From Lama glama (Eukaryota), in the NCBI GenBank assembly GCA_028534125.1, contig CM052817.1:50470001-50534000 (forward strand): a stretch of 64,000 bases of DNA, in the 5' to 3' direction. Below the pieces are notes generated by a model. It was not told the DNA's origin, did not search any database, and worked only from the letters and a program-made list of their open reading frames with translations. Shown here in pieces: positions 39,370 to 52,569 of this stretch; the stretch's first letter is position 1; every line of letters begins with the position of its first letter. The position numbers and the translations under genes were made by a program.

Positions 39370-39880
39370 CTATCTTACTCACAAACCATCTTTCTTTGGT
39401 ACCTAATAGCCATATTTATCTGACTGTATATGTGATCTCCAGCCATAGTTAATTGGCCAAAGAGTCAACCCTTTGTGGTTTTCACTGACCTGTGAATCAA
39501 CACCAGATTGCTGAGAAATAAGTTTTTTCCTCCATGAACTGGAATTCAGAAATAATCATTAAATCTAGGTTAGGCTGGCATTGAGGTAATGCAAATACAG
39601 GAGCTTTATAGTAGGATTCTGCTACTACTACATGGCAAAGCAGAGAAAACTTGAGTTGAGTAAGGAAAGAGAAGCACAGAGAGAACAGGGATGAACACGT
39701 ACACAAAATACTGTTTGAGACCCTGATGCCTTTGCAGTTTTTGATTCTAATACCTTGTGATGCTTGGCTCTATTCCTCCTGTTCATTTGATTCCATCAGA
39801 TATGCCTGCATCTTATATTAATTTTTCCTTTTACGCTTGAGCTAGTTTAAGTTGGCATTGCTTGAATCCCAGGGGGTCTT
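39370..39880. mobile_element. Old ERVL/MaLR LTR fragment
   Basis: 'ctccagccatagttaattggccaaagag...ttttccttttacgcttgagctagtttaagttgg'. Confidence 0.5.
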
Positions 39881-40591
39881 AGGAAGGACTAGATCAAAGC
39901 ACTGGAGGTCTTCACTAGTCAAAAAAGAGATGTATTGCTAATGGGTGTTCTGGAAAGTTAAAATAGGAAAGTTTATGAGAGAGTTGTTATAAAGGTGACA
40001 TGAAATTAAATGTTTTTTCATTTTGAGAATTTCCAAAGTCAGTTAATGAGGTAGGGGTGATAGCAATCCAGTATAGGGCAGGAGAGGAATGTTGTTGAGA
40101 GGAGTGGAGGTTGTTTAGGTGAAAGAAGACCAGTATTTACTAGGCTCGGCTGCTGGATGCATCATCTATTTAGATTTTGAAATTACCTAGGGGTTGTAGT
40201 AAAAGAAAGGGTATGGACTAACTGACAAAAACTTCACTGAATGTGGAAGTGTGATCTAAAGGTTGGTAGACAACATAAAGAATTGTGGGAAGGGTAAGCT
40301 AAGATGGCATGCACCTCAGAAGATAACGCTTCCTGGGAGAAGTGAAAAATCACAGTGGTATAGAAAGAGCAGTAAAGAAAAAAAATCTTTGCATTCTATC
40401 CCTGGGATGCATGGCCACCAGAGAATAAACAATCTCCAGTGAATAATCTATTGCATACTCAAAGTATTTGAATGTCATTATTTACTGGTAGCATCCCAAG
40501 GGAGTCTTATGGGACGCCAAAAAAGAAAGAATGCAAAGAGGAGAAATTACAAAAAAAGGCAACTATTAATACCGAGATGTTCTCTAGCTAC

Positions 40592-40760
40592 AAGTTTATA
40601 CTGTATAGCACAGGAAACTATATTCAATATCTTGTAGTAACATATAATGAAAAAGAATATGAAAATGAATATATGAATGTTTATGTATAACTAAACTACT
40701 ATGCTTTACACCAGAAACTGACACAACATTATAAACTGACTGTATTTCAATTTAAAAAAG
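40592..40760 (+). mobile_element. Short L1 3' UTR insertion
   Basis: 'ctgtatagcacaggaaactatattcaatatcttgtagtaac...acaccagaaactgacacaacatt'; same subfamily as 36245-36485. Confidence 0.9.
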
Positions 40761-43700
40761 AGTCTATTTACATAGAATCATCTATACTTCAGTGAATATA
40801 TTTATCTGTGTACTTTCTGGAACGAGAGTATTTCTGTTCATTTTCAGAGTCCAAACTTTGAGGGAATTTCACCTGGAAACCAAATATCAGATCTTACTGA
40901 ATGATCACTCACATAAACTATTTTATCCAAGAAGTAGGGAAAAGCACTTTGATATTACATTTTCCATACATCTGCGTTTATTTATCCAATTCAAGCAGTT
41001 GCCTAGTGGTGATGCCCTTCAGAGAGAACAAGAGGACAGGAGGAAAAGAAGATGGACTTTTCAAAATTGCTTCAAGCTTTATATTTAGACGTAGAGCTTT
41101 GAATATTTTCAGAACCTTGCACTCAAAACACTTCTGGTTTATTCTGCTTCATCTGTGCTCCATCAATCCATATCATTGGCTTTGCTTTAAACAACCTCAG
41201 CATCCTGTGCTCCATGCAGTTAATAAAATTCATTCCAGGTTTTGAGGTTGTTTTTGTGAATGTATATTTTGCTTTATTAATGGAACTGTAAGATCCTTCA
41301 AAGCAGGGACATTTAACTTTAATATTCATGCAGTTTCTAAAACAATGTTTGAACATATAGTAGATGTGCAGCAAATGGATATTGCTGAAGGGATTGGCTG
41401 ATTGAATTACTAAATGCAAGACAAAGACCCCCAAACAGAATCTGTGAGGAAAGGAAAGAAGAAAGGTCATTGTTGCAAAACTTTGTTTCTGTATCAGTTC
41501 TACTTCCAGGCAGATTCACTAGTACATTCTCTGGGAAGGGAGAGATTTTAATGAAATCTGATGTTAGCAACACATCCTTGTTCTGGTAACCAACTAGTAA
41601 TTAGCACACATGGAAACTGCAGTTAGTACATTTTGGGGAGGAGAACAGAGATGGAATTTCTTTGACAACATTGTGTCAAGTAAATATAGCATGATGCTAG
41701 AGAAACTCTGTTGTACCCTGTGACTTATACTCATTGTCCTAATCACTCAGAAACCGTTACGTCAAAATGAGCCTCAATAAGAGATAGGAAGAGCCATTTT
41801 AATTATAAATCTGCAACATCATAGGCAGAGTGTTAATAACTGATAGATAGTATTTATTGGTCACATTTAATTTTGTGATGACCTTATATTCTGTAAACTA
41901 TCATTGTGAATACCTTACTTTAAGGACAAAGAAAGGAAAATTGCAGACATTATGTGTCTTTTCCAAGGTAATATAACTGGGAAATGATAAAGGCAGAAGT
42001 CTAGATCTCCTGATTTCAAAGGTGGATTATTTTGTTGCTCTGCCCTGTTGGAGAAAATTCTACATTCTTCTCCAAAAAGTTTATGAAGTTCATATCCTGT
42101 AGCAGTGGTGAAGCAATAGCAGTAGTAGCAGTAGTGGTAAGCGGCCATGACAGCAGTAGTAATAATTTATTAAATGCTTGCTGTGTGCCAAGAACTGATC
42201 TAAATGTTTGACATGTGTTAGCAGAGTAGGAACATGATGGAAAAAGAGGCAGTGATCTTCCAAGATCATTGCTTAGTTTATCCAAATGTGGGCTTTGTTC
42301 ATCTAAAACACCTCTTTTACCTTTCACGAGTAGACTAACATTAGGACATGCAGTCACATACATACTTTCCAGGTACTGCTGTCTTCTAGCCTCTTAAACA
42401 TCTTCCCACTCTTGTATATATGTGTACAAAAAAGGCAGCAGCATGTTTTTGTTCCATATATAGAGCTGTTTGGAAGCAGTTTGCCAGGGTCTGTTCTTAA
42501 TAGTCAAGGGCACAGATTTCATTTCATGCCCATTATGCATCAGTAGCTTGAATCACATATATTATGAGTCATGACTGCCTTACATTTCCTAAGCTGCTGT
42601 GGTAATGTTCCCCTACTTCAGACTGCTACGTGCTTATTAGTGTCCGATGGTAACTGATTCCTACTGAGCCAGTGCATCTCTAAAGAATTATCAAGGGTAT
42701 TATGTACTGAGTTAACAATGAATGCTACTTTGGGTGGCAACAGAAGCCATGAAAAGATAATCATGTACAAATTTAAAATCGTAAAGTGTGCAAAATAGGA
42801 AAACTCCAAATTACACAAAGAGTAACATGTACCTACAGAAATAAATTTCCTTCAGCTTTCCACCTTGAAATTACTTCAAAACCAATATATGGCAAATAAA
42901 ACCACCTTTTCCCAGTTTCCCTACAATCTCATTTAATTCTATTTTACATACAAAATGTGTCTCCAAGAAGCCTCCTTATCTCTGTATACAAAGGCAGCTA
43001 AGGTGAGAAAAGATGGTGGGATGTCTGGAAATATTAGAGGTGGGCTATGGATGTGAAAGAGAAAATTAACTCATCTGAAAGGTTTGAATAAATATGATTG
43101 AAAAGCAAGCAAGAAAAGCTGAGGTCACTGTAGGATGCACAATAAACACTATGGGCCACATCTCCGCTCCTCATTTTCTATTATATTGGAGTAATGTGCT
43201 ATTCTATCTTTTGCCCTCTGTTCATTAAAATTTATCAGCTTCCTGAATCTCAACAGAAATATTTGAAACACTAATTTTTATGTTTAAGGATAAATAGTAT
43301 TTGACTTGTATCCATTCTGGAACAATGTAGAGGTATTCATCAGTAAACAGTAGTGATAATGGGAAACATGTACAGTAATTGAAAATTTTAGTTTGATTTA
43401 ACATAATATTTAAAGTACAGATCTCACTGCAGTTTGAACTTATTTCTATATGAACACCCTATAATTATCATTAGTGATTAATTTTTCAAATATTATTCAT
43501 ATTTACTGTTCCGCAATCTAATCTTGTACAGTGTCTTACCTATTCTTACTATTCCATAATACTGGAAGCTTTGCAAATGTGTATTTCCATGTTCCTTGGT
43601 TTGATTATTTCTAGCAGGATATATAATGGAGGAGAATGGATTTGGTATAAACATTAAGGGCGTGTGTTCACTGAGGGTAACTAAAAAGACCAACAAAACA

Positions 43701-43930
43701 AAACAAAACCCAGAAAACTAAAGAAAGGAGCCCTGAACATAAGCTTGAGTAGATATGGATCCTGAAATTAATTCTATAAAGGAAAGAATATCTAAATTAA
43801 TCTCACTTTAGAGTCACAAAAACTAAATAAAATCCAAAGGAATAAAATAAAAGGAAAATTACCAAACCACAAAAGGAAGAAGAAAGGAACAAAGAGGAAA
43901 TACCAAATCAACTGCAAATATAAGTTTAAA

Positions 43931-46900
43931 ATGGCAATAAACACACATCTATCATTAATTACTGTAAATGTTAATGTACTAAATGCTCCAATCAAAACAC
44001 ATAGAGTGGTAGACTGGATAATAAAGCAAAAACCTTCAATATGCTGCATAAAAGAGACACACTTTAGGGAGAAGGACACATACAGATTGAGAGTGAAAGG
44101 ATAGAAAGGATATTCCATGCAAATGGAAAAGCCAAGAAAAGTGGGTGTAGCAGTACTGATTTCAGACAAAATAGACTTTAAAACAAAGCCATAAAGAAAG
44201 ATACAGAAGGACATTTTGTAATGATTAAAGGAGTAATACAAGATGAGAATATCACACTCATTAATATATATGCCCCCAATATAGGAGCACCTAAGTACAC
44301 AAAACAATTACTAACAGAGATAAAGGGGGATATTGACAGGAGGAATACAATCATTGTCCGAGATTTTAACACAGCATTAACATCACTAGACAGATCTTCC
44401 AGACAGAAAATAAATAAGACAACAGAGAAATTAAATATTACAATAGAAAAATTAGAGTTAGTGGATATTTTCAGAGCATTACACCCCCCAAAAATAGGAT
44501 ATACATTCTTTTCAAGAGCACATGGAACATTTTCTAGGATTAATCATGTACTTGAGCACAAAAGAAACCTCAACAATTTTAAGAAGATAGAAATTATCTC
44601 AAGCATCTTTAGTGACCACAATGCCATGAAACTAGAAATCAACTACAGAGAAACAAAGGAGAACAAAGGGAAAGCATGGAGATTAAACAACATGGTGTTA
44701 AAAAACCAACGGGTCAGTGAGAAAATCAAAGTTGAAATTAAAAAATACCTTGAGACAAGTGAAAATGAAAAGACAACCACACAAAATTTATGGGATGCAG
44801 CAAAGGCAGTGCTAAGAGGGAAGTTTATAGCGATACAGGCCTTCTTCAAAAAAGAAGAACAATTTCAAAAAAACAGTCTAACCCACCAGCTAAAAGAATT
44901 AGAAAAAGAAGAGCAAAAAACCCCAAAAGGCAGAAGAAAGAAGGAAATAATAAAGATCAGGGAGGAAATAAACAAAATAGAAATTTAAAAAAAAATAGAA
45001 AAAAACCAATCAAACCAAAAGCTGGTTTTTTGAAAAAGTAAATAAAATTGACAAACCTCTGGCCAAACTCACAAAGAAGAAAAAAGAGAGAGCACAAATA
45101 AGCAAAATAAGAAAGGAAAATGGAGACATTACAACAGATAACATAGAAATACAGAATATCATATGAGAATATTATGAAAATCTATATGGAACCAAAATGG
45201 ATAACCTAGCAGAGATGGACAAGTTTCTGGAAACATACAGTCCACCAAGACTGAATCAAGAAGAAACTGACCACTTGAACAAACTAATCACTAGAAATGA
45301 AATCGAATTAGCAATAAAAAAAACTTCCCTACAAATAAAAGTCCAGGACCTGAAGACTTCAACAGGGAATTCTACCAGACATACAAAGAAGAACTCATAC
45401 CAGTCTTTCTCAAACTCTTCCAGAAGATTGAAAAGGAGGGAATACTCCCAAACTCATTCTATGAAGCCACCATCACTCTGATACCAAAACCAGGCAAAAA
45501 GACACGACCAAAAAACAGAATTACAGACCAATATCACTGATGAACATAGATGCAAAAATCCTTACCAAAATATTAGCAAATAGAATCCAACAGCTCATAA
45601 AAAAGATTATATATCATGACCAAGTGGGGTTCATCCCTGGGACACAAGGTTGGTTCAACATACACAATTCAATCAATGTAATACATCACATCAACAAGAG
45701 AAAGGATAAAAACTTCATGATCATCTCAATAGATGCAGAAAAAGCTTTTAATAAAATTCAACACCCATTTATGATAAAAACTCTCACCAAAGTGGGTACA
45801 GAGGGAACATATCTCAACATAATAAAAGCTATATATGACAAAACTACAGCCAGCATAGACTCAACAGTGAAAAACTCAAAAGCTTCCCACTAAAATCTGG
45901 GACAAGACAAGGATGCCCACTATCACCCCTCGTATTCAACATAGNNNNNNNNNNNNNNNNNNNNNNNNNNNNNNNNNNNNNNNNNNNNNNNNNNNNNNNN
46001 NNNNNNNNNNNNNNNNNNNNNNNNNNNNNNNNNNNNNNNNNNNNGAGAGAGAAATAAAAGGGATCCAAACTGGAAAAGAAGAGGTAGAAGTGTCACTATA
46101 TGCCAATAACATGTTACTATATATAGAAAACCCTGTAAGGTCCACACAAAAACTACTAGAGCTGATTGAAGAATTCAGCAAGGTAGCAGGTTACAAGATT
46201 AACATTCAAAAATCAGTTGCATTTCTTTACACTAATGAGGAATCAACAGAAAAAGAAAGTAAAGAATCAATACCCTTTAAAATAGCACCCAAAGTAATAA
46301 AATACCTACCAATAAATCTAACCGAGGAGGTGAAAGGATTATACACAGAAAACTATAAACCATTGATGAAGGAAATTAAAGAAGACTTTAAAAAATGGAA
46401 AGATATCCCATGCTTCTGGATTGGAAGAATCAATATTGTTAAAATGGTCACACTGCCCAAGGCACTCTACAGATTTAATGCAATCCCTATCCAATTACCC
46501 AGGACATATTTCACAGAACTAGAATAAATCATAATAAAAATTATATGGAACCATCAAAGACCTAGAATTGCCAAAGCATTACTGAAGAGAAAGAAAGAGG
46601 CTGGAGGAATAACTCTCCCAGACTTCAGACAATACTATAGAGCTACAGTCATCAAGACAGCATGGTAATGGTACAAAAACAGACATAGACCAGTGGAACA
46701 GTATAGACAGCCCAGAAATGAACCCACAAACTTATGGTCAACTAATCTTTGACAAAGAAGGCAAGAATAAACAATGGAATGAAGACAGTCTCTTCAGCAA
46801 ATGGTGTTGGGAAAACTTTACAGCAGCATGTGAATCAGTGAAGCTAGAACACTCCCTTACACTATTCACAAAAATAAACTCAAAATGGATCAAAGACTTA

Positions 46901-47814
46901 AACATAAGACAAGATTCAATAAACTTCCTAGAGGAAAATATAGGCAAATTATCTGACAGACATCTGAAAAATGTTCTCCTAGGGCAGTCTACCCAAGCAA
47001 TAGAAATAAAAGCAAGAATAAACAAATGGGGCCTAATGAAACTTACAGGCTTCTGCACAGCAAAGGAAACCACAAGTAAAACAAAAAGACAACCTGCAGA
47101 ATGGGAGAAAATTTTTGCAAATGAAACCGACAAAGGCTTGATATCCAGAATATATAAGCAGCTCATATGACTTAATAAGAAAAAAACAAACAACCCAATC
47201 CAAAAATGGGCAAAAGACCTAAAGAAGCAATTCTCCAAGGAAGGAGTAAAAATGATCAATAGGCACATGAAAAAATGCTCAGTATCACTAATCAGAGAAA
47301 CGCAAATCAAAACTACAATGAGGTATCACCTCACACCAGTCAGACTGGCCATCATTCAAAAGTCCACAAATGACAAATGCTGGAGAGGCTGTGGAGAAAA
47401 GGGAACCCTCCTTCATTGCTGGTGGGAATGCAGTTTGGTGCCGCCACTATGGAAAACAGTATGGAGATTCCGCAAAAGACTAGGAATAGACTTACTGTAT
47501 GACCCAGGAATCACACTCCTGAGCATATATATCCAGAAGGAACCCTACTTCAAAAAGTCACCTGCACCCCAATGTTCATAGCAGCACTATTTACAATAGC
47601 CAAGTCACGGAAACAGCCTAAATGTCCATCAACAGATGACTGGATAAAGAAGAAATGGTGTGTTTATACAATGGAATACTATTCAGCAATAAAAACAGAC
47701 AACATAATGCCATTTGCAGCAACATGGATGTTCCTGGAGAATATCATTCTAAGTGAAGAAAGTCGGAAGGAGAAAGAAAAATACTATATGAGATCGCTCA
47801 TATATGGAATCTAA
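43931..47814 (+). pseudogene. Disrupted L1 ORF2 (APE endonuclease, RT, Cys-rich domain)
   Basis: ATG 43931 MAINTHLSLITVNVN; EN motifs NIYAPN, DFNT, SDHNAM; RT motifs [21 protein letters not shown] in place of [23 protein letters not shown]; several stops and frameshifts. Confidence 0.95.
45945..46044. other. Assembly gap (100 N)
   Basis: Run of N. Confidence 1.
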
Positions 47815-48599
47815 AAAAATACAAAACAAACAAGCAAACAAACAAATACAAAACAGAAACAGACTCATAGACGTAGAATACAAACTTGTGGTTGCCAAGG
47901 GAGTTGGGGGTGGGAATGGACAGACTGGGATTTCAAAATGTAGAATAGATAAACAAGATTATACTGTATAGCACAGGGAAATATATACAAGATCTTGTGG
48001 TTAGCTCACAGCGGAAAAAAAATGCGACAATGAGTATATATATGTTCATGTATAACTGAAAAATTGTGCTCTACACTGGAATTTGACACAACATTGTAAA
48101 ATGACAATAACTCATTGAAAAAATGTTAAAAAATAAAATTAAATCTCAGTTTAGAGATCAAAAAGTATATATATTTCATATACTCTACTCTTCATAATAG
48201 GAATGGTATCATGCTCTTTACCATACCAAAGCTTATCACTTTGCTATTCATGCTCTGAGTTAATAGCTACCTAATGACCTACTCATTGGTGGAAGCATTC
48301 CTTGTAGGTTGCTCATGCTAAACTTCATCGTAAGAAGAAAAGGAAAGTGTTGCCCATGTTGTCAAACATACACTTTCTTCAAAATAATCAATATTATCTT
48401 ATTATTGATTTTGAGGAATTGATTGTATCTAATCAGCATTCTACACCTCACTTCACAGACAGAGTTATTGACTTGTGGTGTTTTATGTTTTCACTTTGTG
48501 TTCATAAAGTATCCAGTAGACACAGGAAACACAACTCATGGAAGCATCAGTCCGTTAGAACTATTGTGTACTTTCATGCAGTCTTTGTCCTTTTTCCTT

Positions 48600-49120
48600 T
48601 TTGTATTGTTGTGATGACAATGCTTATATTATATCTCATTAACTTAACTTTATATTTTTTTCATAATAATAAGATACTTTTTGTAACAATTATAAGGTCT
48701 GCATAATTCTATCTTATGGATGTATGGTAATTTACATGACCACTTCTGTATGTGATGATGCAGATCTTTATATAAAAAAAATTCCCTATTTTATATTGTT
48801 TTCTTTGGCTAGATTCTCAGAAATAGATCATTGAATTAGATGAAATGAATGTGTTTTGACTTGTGATTTATAATTCCCAACACTTTTCAAAAATACAGTA
48901 ACACTTTACTGTTCCTCAAGCAAAGTCAGAGTGGACACGTTTTCCATATTTTTAGTAGCTTTAGGTATTACCATTTTAAGTGTTAACTTCATTCACAGAT
49001 AAATATGGTATATTATGATTATTTAGATTTCCAGTTTCTTTTATTCGTATGAGTGGACATTCCTCTCTATGTTAATTTACTAGTCATATTTCCATATTTA
49101 TCAATGGTCTACTCTTCTAC
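48600..49120 (-). mobile_element. Old L1ME fragment
   Basis: 'ctgcataattctatcttatggatgtatggtaattta...tagattctcagaaatagatc'. Confidence 0.6.
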
Positions 49121-49134
49121 TTCATCCATAAACG

Positions 49135-49365
49135 GGCTAGAGTATAGAGATATGGAAGTTACACAGGCTTAGAAAGCTTGAATGTAATTTAATACCCCAT
49201 TGACTATGTGGCCTCTAACAAATAACTTAGCTTCTTTGATTCTCCATTTCTTATCTGCAGGTTGAAAATAATACCCACTTTGGAAGGATGTATTGAAAGT
49301 TAAGAACATAATATGTAAAACGTGCAGCACAGCAACTAGTGGATGCTCAGTAAGTGTTGACTCCT
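49135..49365 (+). mobile_element. MIR
   Basis: 'tgactatgtggcctctaacaaataacttagcttctttgattctccatttcttatctgcag...atatgtaaaacgtgcagcacag...tgctcagtaagtgtt'. Confidence 0.8.
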
Positions 49366-50503
49366 TTTCTCTGATAAAATTATTCCTGGACTTTATTTTC
49401 ATGACTACTAAAGGAACTATAATAATAACCAACAGATGACTTAACTGTGTCTGCTAAGCAATTTGTTATTAATTGTTATGCTTATTTACTTGTGTTAATG
49501 GCTTTTGGGTCCTTTAATATGTTCAAAGTGTTTTAAATACTCAACATGTAGCCTTAGGGAAAAGAGTAAATGAACATGTTTTATTACTTTTCTAGGATTA
49601 GCCAGCGTCATTTTTAATGTCTTCAGTAGACAGTAGCAATAGCTAAATTTATAAGGCATACAATGAAAGAGATATATTAAGCAAGACACAGTTTACTAAT
49701 TTGCCAATCATGGATGGGCATTAGTGGGTTGATGGATTTTTAAGTATTAATATATACCAAAACCATGAAGTATGATATCTTATCTTGTGAAAAATTCAGG
49801 CAGCAGTTTCACTGAATTTACAAACTGGCTTCAAGCAGGCAGCTAGCTAACTGTAATCAAACTCAAGCTTAAAAATACTCAGGGTTTAAATGACAGGCAG
49901 TAATTAATTTTCCAATTAGTTAAGGATTGATTCAGGATGTCATTCGTAAACTGTTCTGCCATTTAAAGAGCCAATCATTTATGCTGACAGAAGTTGCTTT
50001 GTGTTGAACATTTCCATTAGGTCTGCAGCCTCACCCTGTAGCTCTCAATCATTATAGTTTTGACCCAGCCTGTCCTAAGTGAAGTAGTGAATGGTTGGTC
50101 AGCCTTTGTACGTGTATCATTCTTTTGAAAGGGTGACAGATTATATTAACAACAATTTTGATCAAGCACTAATTACCAAGAAAAATTCAAAGAAATTTTT
50201 AGACCTTCATGGATGGAATGCTTATTAACATGAAGGAAACCCAGCTTCTAGGGTGTGATTTTCAGAAAGAACCTTAAATCTCAAATTTTATGCATGTTTT
50301 TATTATCTAAAAATAGGATATTCATATATATACTTTACTTTGATAGATTATTTCTTATTTCAAAATGTGTAACACATGTAATAATTCTGCTGTTATCTTA
50401 GTATCTGACACATACTGGGCCTTTCATAGAAGTTCTGACAAATGAGTGATTTCTGAATTATTTCTTTAAACTTAGTTTCTTTTAGAAAGGAATATAGTAA
50501 AAT

Positions 50504-51026
50504 GTATTTTTCTTTCTCCTTCTGGCTTACTTCACTCAGAATGACAACCTCCAGTTCCATTCATGTTGCTGCAAATGGCATTATTTTATTATTTTTTATG
50601 GCTGAATAGTATTCCATTGTGTAAATATACCACAACTTCTTTATCCACTCATCTGTTGATGAACATTTAGGTTGTTTCCATGTCTTGGCTATTGTAAATA
50701 GTGCTGCTGTGAACATTGGGGTGCATGTATCTTTTTGAATTATGGTTCCCTCTGAATATATGCCCAGGAGTGGGATTACTGGATCATATGGTAAGTCTGT
50801 TTTTAGTTTTATAAGGAATCTCCATACTGTTTTCCATATTGGCTGCACCAAACTGCATTTCCACCAGCAGCATAGGAAGGGTAAACAAACATTTCTGCAC
50901 ACCTGCTCCAGCATTGTTCATTTGTCGACTTTTTAATGATAGCCATTCTGACTAGTGTGAGGTGATACCTTGCTGTAGTTATGATTTGCATTTCTCTGAT
51001 AATTAGGGATACTGAGCATTTTTTCA
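50504..51026 (-). mobile_element. L1 ORF2 C-terminal fragment, truncated at both ends
   Basis: Minus ORF ...[27 protein letters not shown]...MEYYSAIK...MPFAAT; no 3' UTR or poly(A). Confidence 0.92.
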
Positions 51027-51509
51027 AGATTCTTTCTAATTTATTATGTAGACCTGTGTCATGAAGTGCCAGCCATATCAAATGTTCTATTTAAATTAAA
51101 GGCTACAATTTTGAATATTTCTTTTATTTTCAGTTATTAACAGTCTGTCCCCAAAGACTACAAATACACTTTAGGCATTAGATTACTTTTAGAAAACATT
51201 CTTTTGATTTTGTGGATGAGGGGCTGAACAATGTTAATTCTGACTGCATTTTCAAAAGATATTAATGGAATTTCAGAGTACTGTGGCCATAGTTCTCAAA
51301 ATAATTTCATCTACTAAATCCATTTTCTTGGGCCAGCGGAAGTGTTACAGCACTGAAAAATTAGTATAATTTTGGAACAATGTCTGCATAAAAGCCTTGT
51401 GTCAGCTCTTTAACTCTCTGAATATGACTGTTACCTCCTCTACATAATGTATTACAATGAGGACAGGGTCCTGTAAATTCCTCACTCTTCTTCTCTCCAC
51501 CCAGAGAGA

Positions 51510-51720
51510 CAGTGTCATATGGAGGCTAAAAGCCCAAACTATGGAGTCAGGTTGTCTCAGTCAAAAATCCCAAGTCTGCTACTTAGTTCTGTGGCATTTG
51601 TTTAAGTCACTTAAATGCCCTATGTCTCAGTTTCCTCATTCGTAAAATGGAAACAATAAAAGTCAGGTCTTCTAGGTTCTGTGAGGACCAGTGATTTACT
51701 ATGAGCATTATAATCCTTTT
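51510..51720 (+). mobile_element. MIR
   Basis: 'actatggagtcag...aagtcacttaaatgccctatgtctcagtttcctcattcgtaaaatgg'. Confidence 0.85.
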
Positions 51721-51729
51721 TCCACTGAG

Positions 51730-52300
51730 GATTTTAAGAAACTTACTTGAGTGCTGTGATAGACATGATCTACAATGTCTGTCTGACTCACAGATACCCA
51801 TCTTCCCACGGGGGTTTTCTGGATAATAATTTGTGTAAGGTGACCCACAACCTTCTGGCTTCCACATATGTGCCCAACAGAGGTGGACATTTTACTGAAG
51901 CTGGTCCAATTGGAGTCACTTTGTTAAAAATGTAATAATTGGTAGAGTAAAAGCGATTCAGTGAGTGTTAAGAGGGAAGAGAGAGAGAGAATACACAAAC
52001 GGATACAGTTTTCATAGGATAAGACATGTAGCATTCAAGTGTTATGTCTCTGAGGTAGGCATATCTATCTTCCACATGTAGGTGTTATGTTTCTGAGGTA
52101 GGCATGTTCTATCTTCCACATGCAGGCAAAATGAAGCAAAAACATAGAGTGGAGCAGGAATAAGACAAAAAGAAAGCCTGACAAATTTAAATCTCTGGTT
52201 CCACACATACCTGAGATTTTATTCTACATTTTCCTTTTCTATTGGTGCCAGCAAGATATGGTGTTTGATAACAAAAAAAAAATTCTAACATAAACGCAAT
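51730..52300. mobile_element. Old ERVL-type LTR fragment (LTR16/33-like)
   Basis: 'ggtggacattttactgaagctggtccaattggagtc...aaatgaagcaaa...gagtggagcagg'. Confidence 0.45.
52039..52125. repeat. Tandem duplication of a ~43-bp unit
   Basis: gtgttatgtctctgaggtaggcatatctatcttccacatgtag followed by gtgttatgtttctgaggtaggcatgttctatcttccacatgcag. Confidence 0.95.
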
Positions 52301-52569
52301 TACATGAAGAAAAGTAAATAAAAATCAGGGAAATAATACCTAAAATGGAAAATCAAGGCATTCACACCATTCACCATTCACAGTGGCATTAATATACACA
52401 AAAGTGCAAGGAAGGATGAGATTTCTTTATATAATTTTCATATGAACACAATATTATCCACATAAGTGCCTAAATCATAAAACTGAGCATTGTTCTTTAT
52501 TCTTTTTTAAAAGTTTTATTGATGTATAATTTACCTACATAAAATTGACTCATGGTCAAAATAAAGTTC

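Larger units (their letters stand above)
43814..48135 (+). mobile_element. Young 5'-truncated L1 (inter-ORF spacer, ORF2, 3' UTR) with target-site duplication
   Basis: TSD-like aaattaatctcactttagag (43794-43813) and aaattaaatctcagtttagag (48136-48156); ORF2 remnants across the span; A-rich 3' end. Confidence 0.97.

Noticed and set aside
40792..41573. Cluster of 78-115 aa ORFs on both strands
   Set aside because: No recognisable domain or paired splice sites; consistent with chance
44221..44988. 255-aa ORF as a functional endonuclease gene
   Set aside because: Fragment of a disrupted L1 ORF2; lacks the N-terminal EN residues and has altered conserved motifs
43792..47310. Minus-strand ORFs of 171 and 190 aa
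   Set aside because: Antisense shadows of L1 ORF2
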